DNA of 64,000 nucleotides, taken from assembly GCA_963662315.1 (NCBI GenBank), contig OY759353.1, positions 2,336,001 to 2,400,000 of the forward strand, read 5' to 3'. This DNA is from Geopsychrobacteraceae bacterium (GTDB lineage Bacteria > Desulfobacterota > Desulfuromonadia > Desulfuromonadales > Geopsychrobacteraceae). The notes beneath the pieces are model-generated. The model saw nothing but the letters and a program-made list of their open reading frames with translations, was not told the origin of the DNA and ran no database searches. Below are positions 40,340 to 51,164 of the stretch, in pieces. The translations under genes were made by a program, and so were the position numbers. Every line of letters starts with the position of its first letter. Within the stretch, counting starts at the first letter, position 1.

Positions 40340-42136
40340 TTACTTTTTCAAAGCATAATCTGCCGCATGGGCACCGGCACGGCGGCCAAAAACAACCGTA
40401 TCGGCAATAGCATTACCGCCCAGGCGATTATACCCATGAACCCCACCTGTGACCTCACCAGCGGCATAAAGCCCCGGAATCGGCCAACTTTGCAGATCAA
40501 GCACTTCCGATTCTGTACTAACAGCAACACCACCCATAGTATGATGAATTCCCGGTGCAACGCGTACCGCATAATATGGTGGTTTGGTCAGATTCAACGG
40601 CATATCACTGCGGCCAAAGTCCTTATCTTTACCTGAAGCCTGATAGCCATTATAAGCCTTGACCGTTTCGGGCAACGCCCGCATGCCAGTGATCTTCGCC
40701 AGACCTTCAACAGTAGCGGATTTCTTAAGCATTCCCAAATGCTCATAACCCCGGACCATTTTTTTCTTGGCGATCAACTGTTCATCAAAAACCAGCCATG
40801 CATAACGATCTTTTTGTTTCAGAATTGCATCAGAGGCACGGTCCCGAGTGGTCAATTCATTCACAAAACGCTTGCCATCGGTATTGACCATAATCGCACC
40901 GACACCACGCACCGTCTCTGAAATCAGGATCCGGCTATCCTTACCGATAGTCGGATGGGCCTGAACCCAATCGATATCGGTCATGCTGGCACCTATTTCC
41001 GCCGCCATTTTTATGCCATCACCGGTTGCGGTGATATTGTTGGAACTGGTCATTCCGGCAAAAGTGGGGCGATAAAAGGCAATCATTTCCTTATTCATAC
41101 CATAGCCACCGGTTGCCAACACGACAGCCTTGGCTGAAACCATATAGTAACCGCTATGCTTACCGTGAACCACCACACCAACAACCTCACGGTTATCATT
41201 CAGAACCAGCTTCTCCACTCTTGAGTTCAACCGGGTATCGAGGTTTTCTTTTTTGGCAACCTTGCGCAGGGTCTGAATAATAAGGGGACCGGCGCTGGCG
41301 CCATTAGCCGGAGCATGGGTTCTCTCGACACGAGCACCACCAGAACGCTTGAGCCCATCCAGGTTCACCCCCTGAGCCTCAAGCCATTTCACCGCATCAG
41401 CCGACTCTTCCGCCATAATGCGTACCAGCTTTTCGTCATTTTTGTAACGGCCACCTTTCATGGTGTCCTCAACATACCAATCAACCTTGTCTTTGATTCC
41501 TTTTTTGGCCTGCTGTGGAGTCCCGACGGCATTGATGCCGCCCGCTGCAAGCATTGAGTTTCCACCCGTAAAGGGAGCTTTTTCAAACAGAATAACCTTG
41601 GCACCTTTACGCTTGGCTGTGAGCGCTGCATCAAACCCAGTACTGCCAGCCCCGACAACGATAACATCCGTCGTTTCTGCAGGCCCGGCCGCTATCGCTT
41701 TTTGGATTGCATCCTGATCCCAATCCTTGTCCCAGGCTTCCTTCTGAGGAGCATCAGCAAAAGGCATTGCGTCGACTTCAAAGGAATGGCAATTGTTGCA
41801 AAAAAGCTGAGGCGTTTCATGCCCTTTATGACAGGTCGTACAGTTGATGTTCCCGAGATGTGACGTGTGGGGATCAAATTCAAGATCGGCATTGGCCAGC
41901 TGGTCGTAGCTACCATGACATTCAACGCATTGGCTATTTTCATACGTTTCACTGTCAGTCACGTGAACCTTATCACCATCAGCATGACAGGATTGACAAC
42001 CGGACATCTCGGCATGGTAGGCAGCCAGGGTATTATCCTTAGCAGCAGGCGCTACCTTGCCGCCATTACTCAGAGTGCTGCAGGCAGCAACAATCCATGT
42101 AACGGCTAACAACATGAGCAAATATCGCTTTTTCAT
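40340..42136 (-). CDS. Tetraheme flavocytochrome c (FccA/IfcA-like fumarate reductase family), lipoprotein signal
   Basis: Four CxxCH (CQSCH, CVECH, CTTCH, CNNCH); FAD motif VVGAGSTG; 'AHPT', 'SETVRG', 'TRD', 'HHTMGG', 'NRLGGN' active-site motifs; MKKR...VAAC signal. Confidence 0.92.
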   Translation of the reverse strand: MKKRYLLMLLAVTWIVAACSTLSNGGKVAPAAKDNTLAAYHAEMSGCQSCHADGDKVHVTDSETYENSQCVECHGSYDQLANADLEFDPHTSHLGNINCTTCHKGHETPQLFCNNCHSFEVDAMPFADAPQKEAWDKDWDQDAIQKAIAAGPAETTDVIVVGAGSTGFDAALTAKRKGAKVILFEKAPFTGGNSMLAAGGINAVGTPQQAKKGIKDKVDWYVEDTMKGGRYKNDEKLVRIMAEESADAVKWLEAQGVNLDGLKRSGGARVERTHAPANGASAGPLIIQTLRKVAKKENLDTRLNSRVEKLVLNDNREVVGVVVHGKHSGYYMVSAKAVVLATGGYGMNKEMIAFYRPTFAGMTSSNNITATGDGIKMAAEIGASMTDIDWVQAHPTIGKDSRILISETVRGVGAIMVNTDGKRFVNELTTRDRASDAILKQKDRYAWLVFDEQLIAKKKMVRGYEHLGMLKKSATVEGLAKITGMRALPETVKAYNGYQASGKDKDFGRSDMPLNLTKPPYYAVRVAPGIHHTMGGVAVSTESEVLDLQSWPIPGLYAAGEVTGGVHGYNRLGGNAIADTVVFGRRAGAHAADYALKK

Positions 42137-42375
42137 AAATATCTCCTTACAAAACAAAAAAGAAAAAATAGGCGACGCGCAGGTTAACACGCCGACAAAT
42201 CAAGGAAAACCTATTGACGTTAATGTCTTTTCTGTCTTTTAAAGAGACTTTGTCGATATTGACATTGACTATTTTATTTGAGAGGGAGAAGAGGTCCTTA
42301 CCGTTAATGATACACCATGCATCGCACTTAGCAAGCAGGCCATGTCAGACGATACATGGTGAATCCTAATGATTT

Positions 42376-44340
42376 TTATTCCCGAGAACCCTCCTTCTCG
42401 ATAAGCCCGAGGTTCTTCATTTTGCGCCACAACGTCCCCCGGCTAATACCAAGAATTTTTGCAGCTTCATTACGGTTATAACGAGATTCCTCCAATGCCG
42501 CCATAATAATATCCGTTTCCGTTCTATTACGCTGATCCACCATCCTCTCTTTAAAGTCTTCAGCTGCACCGACCTCGATCTTTCCCGGCCTACTGACTGG
42601 TCTGGATTTCTGGTAATATTCCTCCAACTCTTCAAACAACTCATCAAAAAGAGCCGTTTTAAACTTTGCATCGCTAAGCAATACCAATCTTTCTGAGAAA
42701 TTTTTCAATTGCCTGATATTCCCAGGCCAGGGGTGTTGGACCAGAAGATTCAAATAGCTATGAGGAATAGTTAATGGCGGCAGCCTATATTTAGCTTCAG
42801 CGCCCCGCATGAAATGCGTTAGCAATAAGGGAATGTCCATTGATCGCTCACGCAGTGGCGGCAATTTAATACTGAGAGCACTGATTCTGAAATAGAGGTC
42901 CTCCCGAAAGGAACCATTAAGCGTAGCACTTGCCATATCTTTGTTGGCCGCAGCAATCACACGAACATCGATCGGAATAACTTGATCGGAACCAATACGC
43001 ATGACTTCACGTTCCTGCAAAACCCTTAACAGCCTCGTCTGAACGGTATCTGCGGCGGCTGAAATTTCATCAAGAAAGATGCTGCCATTATGGGCCAGTT
43101 CAAACAATCCCGGCTTCCCACCTTTTCGCGATCCCGTAAACGCCCCTTCATCGTAACCAAACAACTCACTCTCGAGCAAATGTTCTGGAATAGCGGCACA
43201 ATTAATTGATACGAACGGCTGCTTATTACGCTTACTAAGAGCATGAATGCTATGGGCAACGATCTCTTTACCGGTTCCCGTTTCGCCACTGATCAAAATA
43301 GCTGAGTCAGCCCGGGCAACCAGCCGAACCCGACTAATAACCTCTTTCATTTCTTTACTGCAGTGAATGAGGTCGTCAATACCATAGTTGGCGGTAAACC
43401 CTTTCGAGAGTCTTTTCCTGACCTTACTTTCGGTTTTGATCAGGTTACTGGAATCAGCAAAGGTCGACACACCACCAACCACTATACCTCCCATCATAAC
43501 GGGCGTATGGCTGAAAACAAGATGCTTGCCAGCAATCTCTTCAATATTGTCTTTAATGCTTCGCTTCTCACTCATCGCTCGTAAAAGCTGTGGAGAACTG
43601 ATAATCTTGGAGATCTTGGTGCCCAGAGCATCAGACTCACCGATCTCCAGCAACGCTAGCGCTGCTGCATTGATCATCGATATTTCACCGCCCCTGTCGA
43701 CAGAGATAACCCCCTCCGCAGTTGAATTCAAAATAGTCTTATATTCCAAGTATTTTTCATGCTCCAATCGTTGCGAATGCACAACCGACTTGGCATCTTC
43801 TATGGTTGTAATAATGGTCTCTGGAGAACTTTGAATTTCTGCTGTTTTCAAACCATGAGCCTTAGCTATTTCTACAGAATGCGGTCCTCCAACAACGACT
43901 TCAAATCCTTGTTTTTGCGAATTGGCAATAACCTCCTCCAAGCTTTCCAGCCCGGTATAGATTTTTTGCATGGCATTTATGCCCAACAACTCGCAAAGCG
44001 AATCCAAATGGTCAAGCTTGCTTCTAAAAATAGGAAAAACAATTTTCTTCCCCAACGTTGATGCTTCTTTTAATCTCAGAATCAGGTTCATATCAGATTG
44101 AGGAAAAGCCAGAACCGGGATTTGCAGATTTTCCCTAAGGATGTGAGCGGTTCCCCGACGACCGAGAATAATTTCAACCCCTTCCTTCTCCATAGTCTTG
44201 GCAACAGGGATCGCATCTTCAAGGCCCTGAGTAACTACTGTAATATCAACTTCATCATCATAAGCCGCATGTCGCTTTATATGCTCAATCATCGAACTAT
44301 TCGAAGTAAAAACACCAATCCTGAACGGTACAATACTCAT
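42376..44340 (-). CDS. PrpR-like sigma54-dependent transcriptional activator (PrpR_N, PAS, AAA+, Fis HTH)
   Basis: 'GETGTGKE', 'ESELFGY.EGAFTGS', 'FREDLYFR', 'WPGNIRQL', C-terminal 'LGISRGTLWRK'; start uncertain (44340 or 44370). Confidence 0.92.
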   Translation of the reverse strand: MSIVPFRIGVFTSNSSMIEHIKRHAAYDDEVDITVVTQGLEDAIPVAKTMEKEGVEIILGRRGTAHILRENLQIPVLAFPQSDMNLILRLKEASTLGKKIVFPIFRSKLDHLDSLCELLGINAMQKIYTGLESLEEVIANSQKQGFEVVVGGPHSVEIAKAHGLKTAEIQSSPETIITTIEDAKSVVHSQRLEHEKYLEYKTILNSTAEGVISVDRGGEISMINAAALALLEIGESDALGTKISKIISSPQLLRAMSEKRSIKDNIEEIAGKHLVFSHTPVMMGGIVVGGVSTFADSSNLIKTESKVRKRLSKGFTANYGIDDLIHCSKEMKEVISRVRLVARADSAILISGETGTGKEIVAHSIHALSKRNKQPFVSINCAAIPEHLLESELFGYDEGAFTGSRKGGKPGLFELAHNGSIFLDEISAAADTVQTRLLRVLQEREVMRIGSDQVIPIDVRVIAAANKDMASATLNGSFREDLYFRISALSIKLPPLRERSMDIPLLLTHFMRGAEAKYRLPPLTIPHSYLNLLVQHPWPGNIRQLKNFSERLVLLSDAKFKTALFDELFEELEEYYQKSRPVSRPGKIEVGAAEDFKERMVDQRNRTETDIIMAALEESRYNRNEAAKILGISRGTLWRKMKNLGLIEKEGSRE

Positions 44341-44510
44341 ATGGTCTCTCGTCTCCCGGAAATGTATCACTCACACGTTCAATTTATAAGACACATTGTT
44401 CTACATGTAAAGCAGATACCTCAACAGCATCACCACCAAAACACCTTCTCATAATTTAGATAATACCGTTTTAAAAGAACAATTTAGATGAAAGCTTATT
44501 TCATTACAAT

Positions 44511-44527
44511 TGGCACACTACGTGTAA
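44511..44527 (+). promoter_or_regulatory. sigma54-like promoter of the tctA-tctC-tctB operon (non-canonical -12)
   Basis: TGGCAC-ACTAC-GTGTAA, divergent from the PrpR-like activator. Confidence 0.55.
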
Positions 44528-44666
44528 CAACGTACAAAACCGCCTAATAAAATCTCGTTATACGAGACAGGCACAGCACAATGAATTGCCCATCAAGCCA
44601 AACAGCAATTCGACCATATTTAAATTCAATGCATTTCCGTTGAATACGGAGACCAAAGGAGAGCCT

Positions 44667-46205
44667 ATGTTTGAAAGTATCAGCGATGGATTCTTGATGA
44701 TTATGCACTGGCAAAATATGCTTGCCATCATTTTGGGACTTTACATGGGATGTATAATTGGTGCCCTGCCAGGACTGTCCCCCTCTATGGCCATTGCTCT
44801 GGCCGCCCCCTTCACATTCGGCCTGCCCCCAGTGACGGCCTTATCCTTTCTACTTGGAGTCTATAAAGGCGGCGTGTATGGCGGTTCTCTTAGCGCGATA
44901 CTGCTTGCCACGCCAGGAACACCCGAAGCAGCAGCAACAATTTACGATGGCTTTCCATTGGCTAAATCAGGCCGAGCACGACAGGCCCTGGATGCTGCCC
45001 TATACGCATCCATATCCGGAGACCTCATTGGCACAGTAATTCTGATCACGGCAGCACCCTTTGTCGCCCACTATGCACTCAAGATTGGTCCAGCTGAAAT
45101 GGTACCAATGATCATGCTGGCCCTGGCCGTAATCATCACCACCCTGGGCCACGAAAAAATCAAGGGCTTTCTCGCCGCAACTATTGGCGGAATAGTAGCT
45201 CTGGTCGGAATCGACCCAATAGAAGGAAGCACGCGATTTATTTTTGGCAACTTCGAGCTTAGCGATGGAATCTCACTGATTCCGTTTCTGGTAGGTCTTT
45301 TTGCCATGCCCGAAGTCATCTCAGTTATTATCGAATCTCTACACAAAAACAAGCAGGACAAAAACATCAAAACGGCCAATGAAGAAATCCAAGTCCAAGG
45401 AGAACGACTGACACTACGCGAGGTCCTCCCCTATTGGAAGACTATCGTACAGAGCGCTATCATCGGCAGCGGCATTGGCGCACTACCGGGCCTGGGATCA
45501 ACGGCGGCAGCATTTACCTGCTACGGACTGGCAAAAAAAGCGTCAAAGCACCCCGAGCAGTTTGGCAAGGGAAGCATTGAGGGCGTCCTGGCAGCGGAAA
45601 CAGGAAACAATGGGACGTGCGGCCCGGCACTCATTCCGCTCATAACCCTCGGAATCCCCGGAAGCTCAACCACAGCGGTACTGTTTGGCGCTCTTTTGAT
45701 TTATGGCATAGTACCGGGACCCAAGATATTCATCGAGCATGGAGACATTGTCTACGCCATCTTCATTGGCCTGATCATTGGCGGATTACTGCTATATCCA
45801 GTGGCCTTATCAGTAATCAAATATGCGTCAAAAATCATTTACAAAATCAATCAGGGCCTCCTATTTTCCGGCATTTTTCTATTGTGCTTTACAGGATCCT
45901 ACGCCATCCGCAACAGCATGCTCGATGTCTACTGCATGACGGCCGCAGGCATACTCGCCATCATTATGCGCTATTTTACCCTGCCAATAGGGCCAACCCT
46001 GATCGCCTTTATCCTGACACCAATCCTCGAAAGTTCATTTCGGCAAAGCCTCATGATCGCCGGAAACAATCTAGCGATTTTCGTCTCTTCAGGAATCGCC
46101 ATCTTTCTCTGGACCGTCATAATTTTTATCGTCTCATACGGCCCGTTAAAAGCTTTTCTGAAAAGCAGACAAACAAAATCGACCCTAAAAGAAACATACA
46201 ACTAA
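44667..46205 (+). CDS. tctA: Tripartite tricarboxylate transporter permease TctA
   Basis: 'GALPGL', 'YGGSLSAILLATPGTP', 'AETGNN', 'LGIPGS', 'GIVPGP'. Confidence 0.93.
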   Translation: MFESISDGFLMIMHWQNMLAIILGLYMGCIIGALPGLSPSMAIALAAPFTFGLPPVTALSFLLGVYKGGVYGGSLSAILLATPGTPEAAATIYDGFPLAKSGRARQALDAALYASISGDLIGTVILITAAPFVAHYALKIGPAEMVPMIMLALAVIITTLGHEKIKGFLAATIGGIVALVGIDPIEGSTRFIFGNFELSDGISLIPFLVGLFAMPEVISVIIESLHKNKQDKNIKTANEEIQVQGERLTLREVLPYWKTIVQSAIIGSGIGALPGLGSTAAAFTCYGLAKKASKHPEQFGKGSIEGVLAAETGNNGTCGPALIPLITLGIPGSSTTAVLFGALLIYGIVPGPKIFIEHGDIVYAIFIGLIIGGLLLYPVALSVIKYASKIIYKINQGLLFSGIFLLCFTGSYAIRNSMLDVYCMTAAGILAIIMRYFTLPIGPTLIAFILTPILESSFRQSLMIAGNNLAIFVSSGIAIFLWTVIIFIVSYGPLKAFLKSRQTKSTLKETYN

Positions 46206-46287
46206 TTGCTCAGCCTATCAGCGATTTGATGCCCTCCCTCGGTGAGGAGGGCCTATTGACATTCACAAACCAAAAAGGAGAGAGACC

Positions 46288-47259
46288 ATGTTCAGACAGA
46301 GAATCGCGCGGAATTGCGTTTTTTGGATCAGCCTTCTACTTCTCATATCAGGTGGAGGTTCCGTCGCCAGCGCCGCTGACTACCCGTCAAAACCCATAAA
46401 AATTTACTTTGGTTACAAAGCCGGAGGGTCCGCACACACATCCCTGCAGGCGCTGGCCCGCGCACTGGAGAGCACCCTCAACACACCCATTGTCCTGATA
46501 GAAAAGTCAGGAGCCGGAGCGACGATTGCCGGCGGCCACGTTGCCCACGCAAAACCCGATGGCTACACCTTAGGTCTAATAAAATCAACAACTATCACTA
46601 CCGCGCCCCACGAACTAGAACTCTCCTACTCACCCACAGAGGATCTGTCCCACCTGTTTGCCTATGCCGGCCCCCCTTCAGCTTTTACCGTGAAGACCGA
46701 TGCACCATGGAAAACCTGGCAAGACTTCATCACGTACGCCAAGTCAGCCCCCGGACAAGTATCGTGGACAGCAACTGCCGTAACCGGAACCCAATATTTA
46801 CTGATGCAACATATTGGCAAGCTCGAAGGAATTGACTGGCACGGTGTCCCCTCTAAGGGAGGAAGCGAGGCCATGAAGCTGGTACTTGGCGGGCAGGTTG
46901 CAGGGTATGCATCCTCCGGCAGCCATATCTCTCATATCAAATCAGGCTCCGCAAGAGCCCTGCTTGACTTTGGCACCAAAAGTTCTTTCCCCGAGACCCC
47001 AACCATCGAAGAGATTGGCTATAAAGGGCTCGCCATCAAAGGGGAACCTTACATAATCGTTGCCCCCAAAGAACTGCCTAAAGAGATCTCGGAAAAACTC
47101 ATAGCAGCAATGCTGAAAGCCACCCAAGCCCCTGAATACATAAATGTCATTGAGAAATTAAACATGCAACCCATGAACATTTATGGCCAGGACCTAGAAA
47201 ACGCTCTCAGCGAGGGAAGCGACCTGGTGAAAATGCTGCTCGCCTCAGCAAAAAACTAA
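46288..47259 (+). CDS. tctC: TTT substrate-binding protein TctC (Bug family)
   Basis: Signal peptide; 'YPSKPI', 'AGGS', 'KSGAG', 'PDGYTL', 'KGGSEA...VLGG'. Confidence 0.9.
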   Translation: MFRQRIARNCVFWISLLLLISGGGSVASAADYPSKPIKIYFGYKAGGSAHTSLQALARALESTLNTPIVLIEKSGAGATIAGGHVAHAKPDGYTLGLIKSTTITTAPHELELSYSPTEDLSHLFAYAGPPSAFTVKTDAPWKTWQDFITYAKSAPGQVSWTATAVTGTQYLLMQHIGKLEGIDWHGVPSKGGSEAMKLVLGGQVAGYASSGSHISHIKSGSARALLDFGTKSSFPETPTIEEIGYKGLAIKGEPYIIVAPKELPKEISEKLIAAMLKATQAPEYINVIEKLNMQPMNIYGQDLENALSEGSDLVKMLLASAKN

Positions 47260-47274
47260 CAGAAGGAGGCAACC

Positions 47275-47760
47275 ATGAGACACCTGGAACATAAAGGACC
47301 TTCCGAAATCATTGCAGCCATTTTCTTTACCGCGGTTGGCTTTGGGCTGATTTTTAAAATTATCCCGGATCAAGTCGCCTCGGGAATCGGGACGATACCA
47401 AATGCCAGAACATTCCCTTATGTCGCAGCATGCGCCTTCACCCTTCTGTCCCTCCTGTGGACGCTCAGAGCATGGTGGCAGCAAAGCAAGAACCAGCAGA
47501 CAGGCAAAGATTACTTGCTATTGCTTGGCTTAGTCATCAGCATGAGTGTCGTTGCTCTTGCGGCACTCATTGATTGGAGCGGTTATCTGCTCGGAGGAAC
47601 CATATCAGTCCTGACCGTATACCTGACAGTTGAAGGAATGCGAAAATGGCCACACAAGGTGGCCATATCAATTGTCCTGGTCGCACTGTTTGCACTGTTT
47701 TTTGAAAATGTATTGAACATTGAAATACCCGTTGGGATATTGGGCATTTCGATATCATAA
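47275..47760 (+). CDS. tctB: TTT small membrane subunit TctB
   Basis: Hydrophobic 161 aa; 'TFP' and C-terminal 'F...L...IP.G'; operon context. Confidence 0.8.
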   Translation: MRHLEHKGPSEIIAAIFFTAVGFGLIFKIIPDQVASGIGTIPNARTFPYVAACAFTLLSLLWTLRAWWQQSKNQQTGKDYLLLLGLVISMSVVALAALIDWSGYLLGGTISVLTVYLTVEGMRKWPHKVAISIVLVALFALFFENVLNIEIPVGILGISIS

Positions 47761-47868
47761 CAAGTTCAGACCACAGACTGACCAGGGGGAAAAGACCAGA
47801 CCACATTGCCTCCCGTTCGCCTGTGGGTAAAAATCTAAAGTCAACATTTTAAAATCGCAAAAAACAAG

Positions 47869-47908
47869 AAAAGCGCCCCCAATCCGACAGCGGACTGGGG
47901 GCGCTTTT
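47869..47908 (+). terminator. Intrinsic terminator after tctB
   Basis: AAAAGCGCCCCCA...TGGGGGCGCTTTT. Confidence 0.75.
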
Positions 47909-48210
47909 CGCTATACCATAACCATCAGCTTCCCACCTTATTCCAGGAAAAAGCACAGAGATTGAAACACATATTGCTCCAGAGAACATAATACATGACA
48001 ATGGTAACCCAAAGTATTGACTTGCGTTTCTCGAATTTTCCGCTGACGTTACCAAACGTCCCCCAAAGAAACAAATAAAACCGATTATTGAACAATTCGT
48101 CTCACGAATTAAACGTTAATTTATTTTCCTCATCAACAAAACCTCGTAAATAAATCCTAAACGTTTAATATTTAAAGAGGAATCAACATTAACAATCCAC
48201 TCTGTCAAAG

Positions 48211-48227
48211 TGGCACAGTCTGTGTAA
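48211..48227 (+). promoter_or_regulatory. sigma54-like promoter of tcuAB (non-canonical -12)
   Basis: TGGCAC-AGTCT-GTGTAA, ~50 nt upstream of tcuA. Confidence 0.55.
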
Positions 48228-48278
48228 TCTCTCAATTCATTAAATACTCATCCATTTCAGATCAACGGAGAGATCACA

Positions 48279-49670
48279 ATGAAAGACATTACACAACCTT
48301 ACGATGTACTAGTCATTGGTGGTGGCAACGCAGCATTATGTTCCGCCATCACTGCACGCGAAGCAGGGGCACGTGTGCTCTTGTTGGAGCATGCGTCAAA
48401 ACCTTTTCGAGGTGGCAACAGCAGACATACCCGCAACTTGCGCTGTGCCCATGATGGTCCAACCTCTTTTCTGAAGGGAGCCTATCCCAAGGAGACCTAT
48501 TTAAAGGAATTATTGAAGGTCACGGATGGACAAACGGACGAAAAGTTGGCCCGTATCATGATCGATGAATCAGTCGATGCTCCTCAATGGATGTATAAGC
48601 GCGGGGTGCGCTTTCAGCATATCCAGGGAACTCTGGGGCTGGCACATTCCAATCCCTTTTTTCTGGGAGGTGGACGCGCTCTGGTCAATGCATTCTTTAA
48701 TACCGCCGAAGCCCTTGGGGTCGATGTCGTCTATGATTCAGAAGTTCTGGAGATGGATATTCGTGACGGTAAGTTTCACTCAGCTACGGTTCGAAGTCGG
48801 GCCTTTACCATGGAAGTCAAGGCCAAGAGCGTTATTGTTGCTTCCGGCGGCTTTCAGGCCGATCTTGCTTGGTTGAAAGAGGCCTGGGGCGAGGCCGCAG
48901 ACAACTTTATTATTCGTGGGACCCCCTACAATAAAGGGCGCTTACTCAAAGACCTTATAGAGAAAGGTGCAAAGACAATTGGGGATCCACAGCAATGTCA
49001 CGCCGTAGCCATTGATGGTCGTTCACCGCAGTTTGATGCAGGGATCGTTACCCGTCTTGATTGTTTGTCATTTGGAATCGTTGTCAATAAAAATGCTGAG
49101 CGTTTTTATGATGAAGGTGAGGATTTCTGGCCTAAACGTTACGCTATTTGGGGGAGACTGGTGGCAGGGCAACCAGATCAGATCGCCTATTCGATTATTG
49201 ATTCCAAATCGATCAATCTGTTTATGCCATCGCTGTTCCGCCCGGTTCAAGCTGACTCCATCCGTGATCTGGCTCAGCAGTTGCGACTGGATCCTGAAAA
49301 ATTAGATCAGACCGTAACCAATTTCAACCAGGCCGTTCAAGCGGGAACTTTTGACAAGGACACGCTTGACGATTGCTTTACAACTGAGCTGACTCCGGCC
49401 AAAACCCATTGGGCGCGCCGTATCGACTCTCCTCCCTACTACGCCTATCCACTACGACCTGGCATTACCTTTACCTACCTGGCTGTCAAGATTGATGAAA
49501 AAGCCCGCATCATTATGCAAGATGACAAGCCCGCTGAGAATATCTACGCGACAGGGGAAGTCATGGCGGGAAATATTCTTGGAAAAGGGTATATGGCTGG
49601 GACTGGAATGACCATTGGCACTGTTTTTGGGCGTATTGCCGGACAGGAGGCTGCCGCTTATGTTGCTTAA
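48279..49670 (+). CDS. tcuA: FAD-dependent tricarballylate dehydrogenase TcuA
   Basis: 'VIGGGNAALC', 'RGGNSRHTRNLRC', 'DFWPKRYAIWG', 'GEVMAGNILGKGY'. Confidence 0.93.
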   Translation: MKDITQPYDVLVIGGGNAALCSAITAREAGARVLLLEHASKPFRGGNSRHTRNLRCAHDGPTSFLKGAYPKETYLKELLKVTDGQTDEKLARIMIDESVDAPQWMYKRGVRFQHIQGTLGLAHSNPFFLGGGRALVNAFFNTAEALGVDVVYDSEVLEMDIRDGKFHSATVRSRAFTMEVKAKSVIVASGGFQADLAWLKEAWGEAADNFIIRGTPYNKGRLLKDLIEKGAKTIGDPQQCHAVAIDGRSPQFDAGIVTRLDCLSFGIVVNKNAERFYDEGEDFWPKRYAIWGRLVAGQPDQIAYSIIDSKSINLFMPSLFRPVQADSIRDLAQQLRLDPEKLDQTVTNFNQAVQAGTFDKDTLDDCFTTELTPAKTHWARRIDSPPYYAYPLRPGITFTYLAVKIDEKARIIMQDDKPAENIYATGEVMAGNILGKGYMAGTGMTIGTVFGRIAGQEAAAYVA

Positions 49671-50829
49671 TAATCCTTCAACTCCAAATCTTAAGATTGA
49701 AGAGTGTCTTGAAAACGAATCGACCTTAGTCAAAGAAGCGCGGCGGATTATGGAAGTCTGCAACGCTTGTCGTTATTGTGGTGGCTTTTGTGCGGTTTTC
49801 CCGGCCATGGAAATGCGCCGCTCTTTCTCCAGGGGAGATCTGGAATATCTGTCTAATCTTTGCCATAACTGCACAGGCTGCTTTCACGCCTGTCAGTATG
49901 CACCTCCCCAGGAGTTTGACATTAACAATCCTAAGATTATGGCAGAGTTACGTGCCGAGACCTACGAAAAATATGCCTGGCCAGCGCCACTGGCAGCTCT
50001 ATACCAACGTAATGGCCGTGCAGTAACCTGGATCAGCGTCTTCAGCGTTATCATCGTTTTTCTTTTGACCATGGCGGCTCAAGGACAAAGTGTTTTTTTC
50101 TCCGCCCATACGGGAAGCGGGTCCTTCTATAATATTGTCCCATACAAACTTATGCTGGGCATCCCCATGGTTATCGGTCTGTTCTCTATTCTGGCTATTC
50201 TGGTCGGTGTCTTCCGATTTGCCAAGGGCACCGGATGGGACATGCGTCAACTGCTAGTCCCTCAGAATCTTAAGCAGGCCACCTGGGATGTTCTGGCTCT
50301 TCGTTATCTTGGCGGTTCTGGTGATGGCTGCAACTACGAAGATGATACCTTTAATCACAAGCGGCGCTGGCTCCATCAGGCGATCTTTTACGGGTTTCTG
50401 CTATGCCTGGTCTCAACAACCATTGCCCTTGTCTATGATCACTTCCTGCATTGGCCTGCCCCTTATAGCGTTGGCAGCCTTCCAGTCATTACCGGTACCC
50501 TGGGTGGTTTTTTGCTCATGGGCGGAACAATTGGGATGATCTGGTTAAAAATGAAGCGTGACAAACGCCCGCAGTCAGAGGTCTTGTTGGGAATGGATAC
50601 CATATTTACAATTTTGTTGTTCCTGACCAGCTCAAGTGGAATAGCCTTATTGCTTTGGCGAAACACGGCAGGCATGGGAACCCTCCTGGCGATTCACCTT
50701 GGATTTGTGGCAGGACTGTTTTTAACGCTTCCTTATAGTAAGTTTGTTCATGGCATTTACCGCTTTGCCGCATTGGTCAGATTTGCCGATGAAAGGCGAA
50801 AAAATCCCAATGGTGACGGTATTGTCTAA
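49660..50829 (+). CDS. tcuB: Tricarballylate utilization 4Fe-4S membrane protein TcuB
   Basis: 'CNACRYCGGFCAVFP', 'CHNCTGCFHACQYAPP', C-terminal 'LPYSKFVH'; overlaps tcuA. Confidence 0.93.
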   Translation: MLLNNPSTPNLKIEECLENESTLVKEARRIMEVCNACRYCGGFCAVFPAMEMRRSFSRGDLEYLSNLCHNCTGCFHACQYAPPQEFDINNPKIMAELRAETYEKYAWPAPLAALYQRNGRAVTWISVFSVIIVFLLTMAAQGQSVFFSAHTGSGSFYNIVPYKLMLGIPMVIGLFSILAILVGVFRFAKGTGWDMRQLLVPQNLKQATWDVLALRYLGGSGDGCNYEDDTFNHKRRWLHQAIFYGFLLCLVSTTIALVYDHFLHWPAPYSVGSLPVITGTLGGFLLMGGTIGMIWLKMKRDKRPQSEVLLGMDTIFTILLFLTSSSGIALLLWRNTAGMGTLLAIHLGFVAGLFLTLPYSKFVHGIYRFAALVRFADERRKNPNGDGIV

Positions 50830-51164
50830 TTTTATTTCGCATAAATTTACCAAACCATCTTAACAAAACGCCAATCAAGCCTCCGTCGTAATAATTAGAT
50901 GGGGGCTTGATTCGTCAATTTAGCTTTTCAAGAAAAACAGCTAGAAGCGACAGCTATTCTGTCACAACGGAAAAATTAAATATTTACCGTTGAATGAAAA
51001 TTTCAAACAGCTCAGTTATTTACCAAATTCAGGCAGTTTCACATCCATATCCGCACTCGAAGGGGAAACTTTTTGACCTTATGCGTCAGGTCAGATCTAG
51101 ATTTTACAAATCAGAATCGGACCAATGAATGCTACAGAGAATCCCTGCAATAATGGAGGAGATA

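Noticed and set aside
45617..46399. 260-aa alternative-frame ORF overlapping tctA and tctC
   Set aside because: Arg/His/Pro-rich composition typical of an off-frame reading; fully overlaps well-supported genes.
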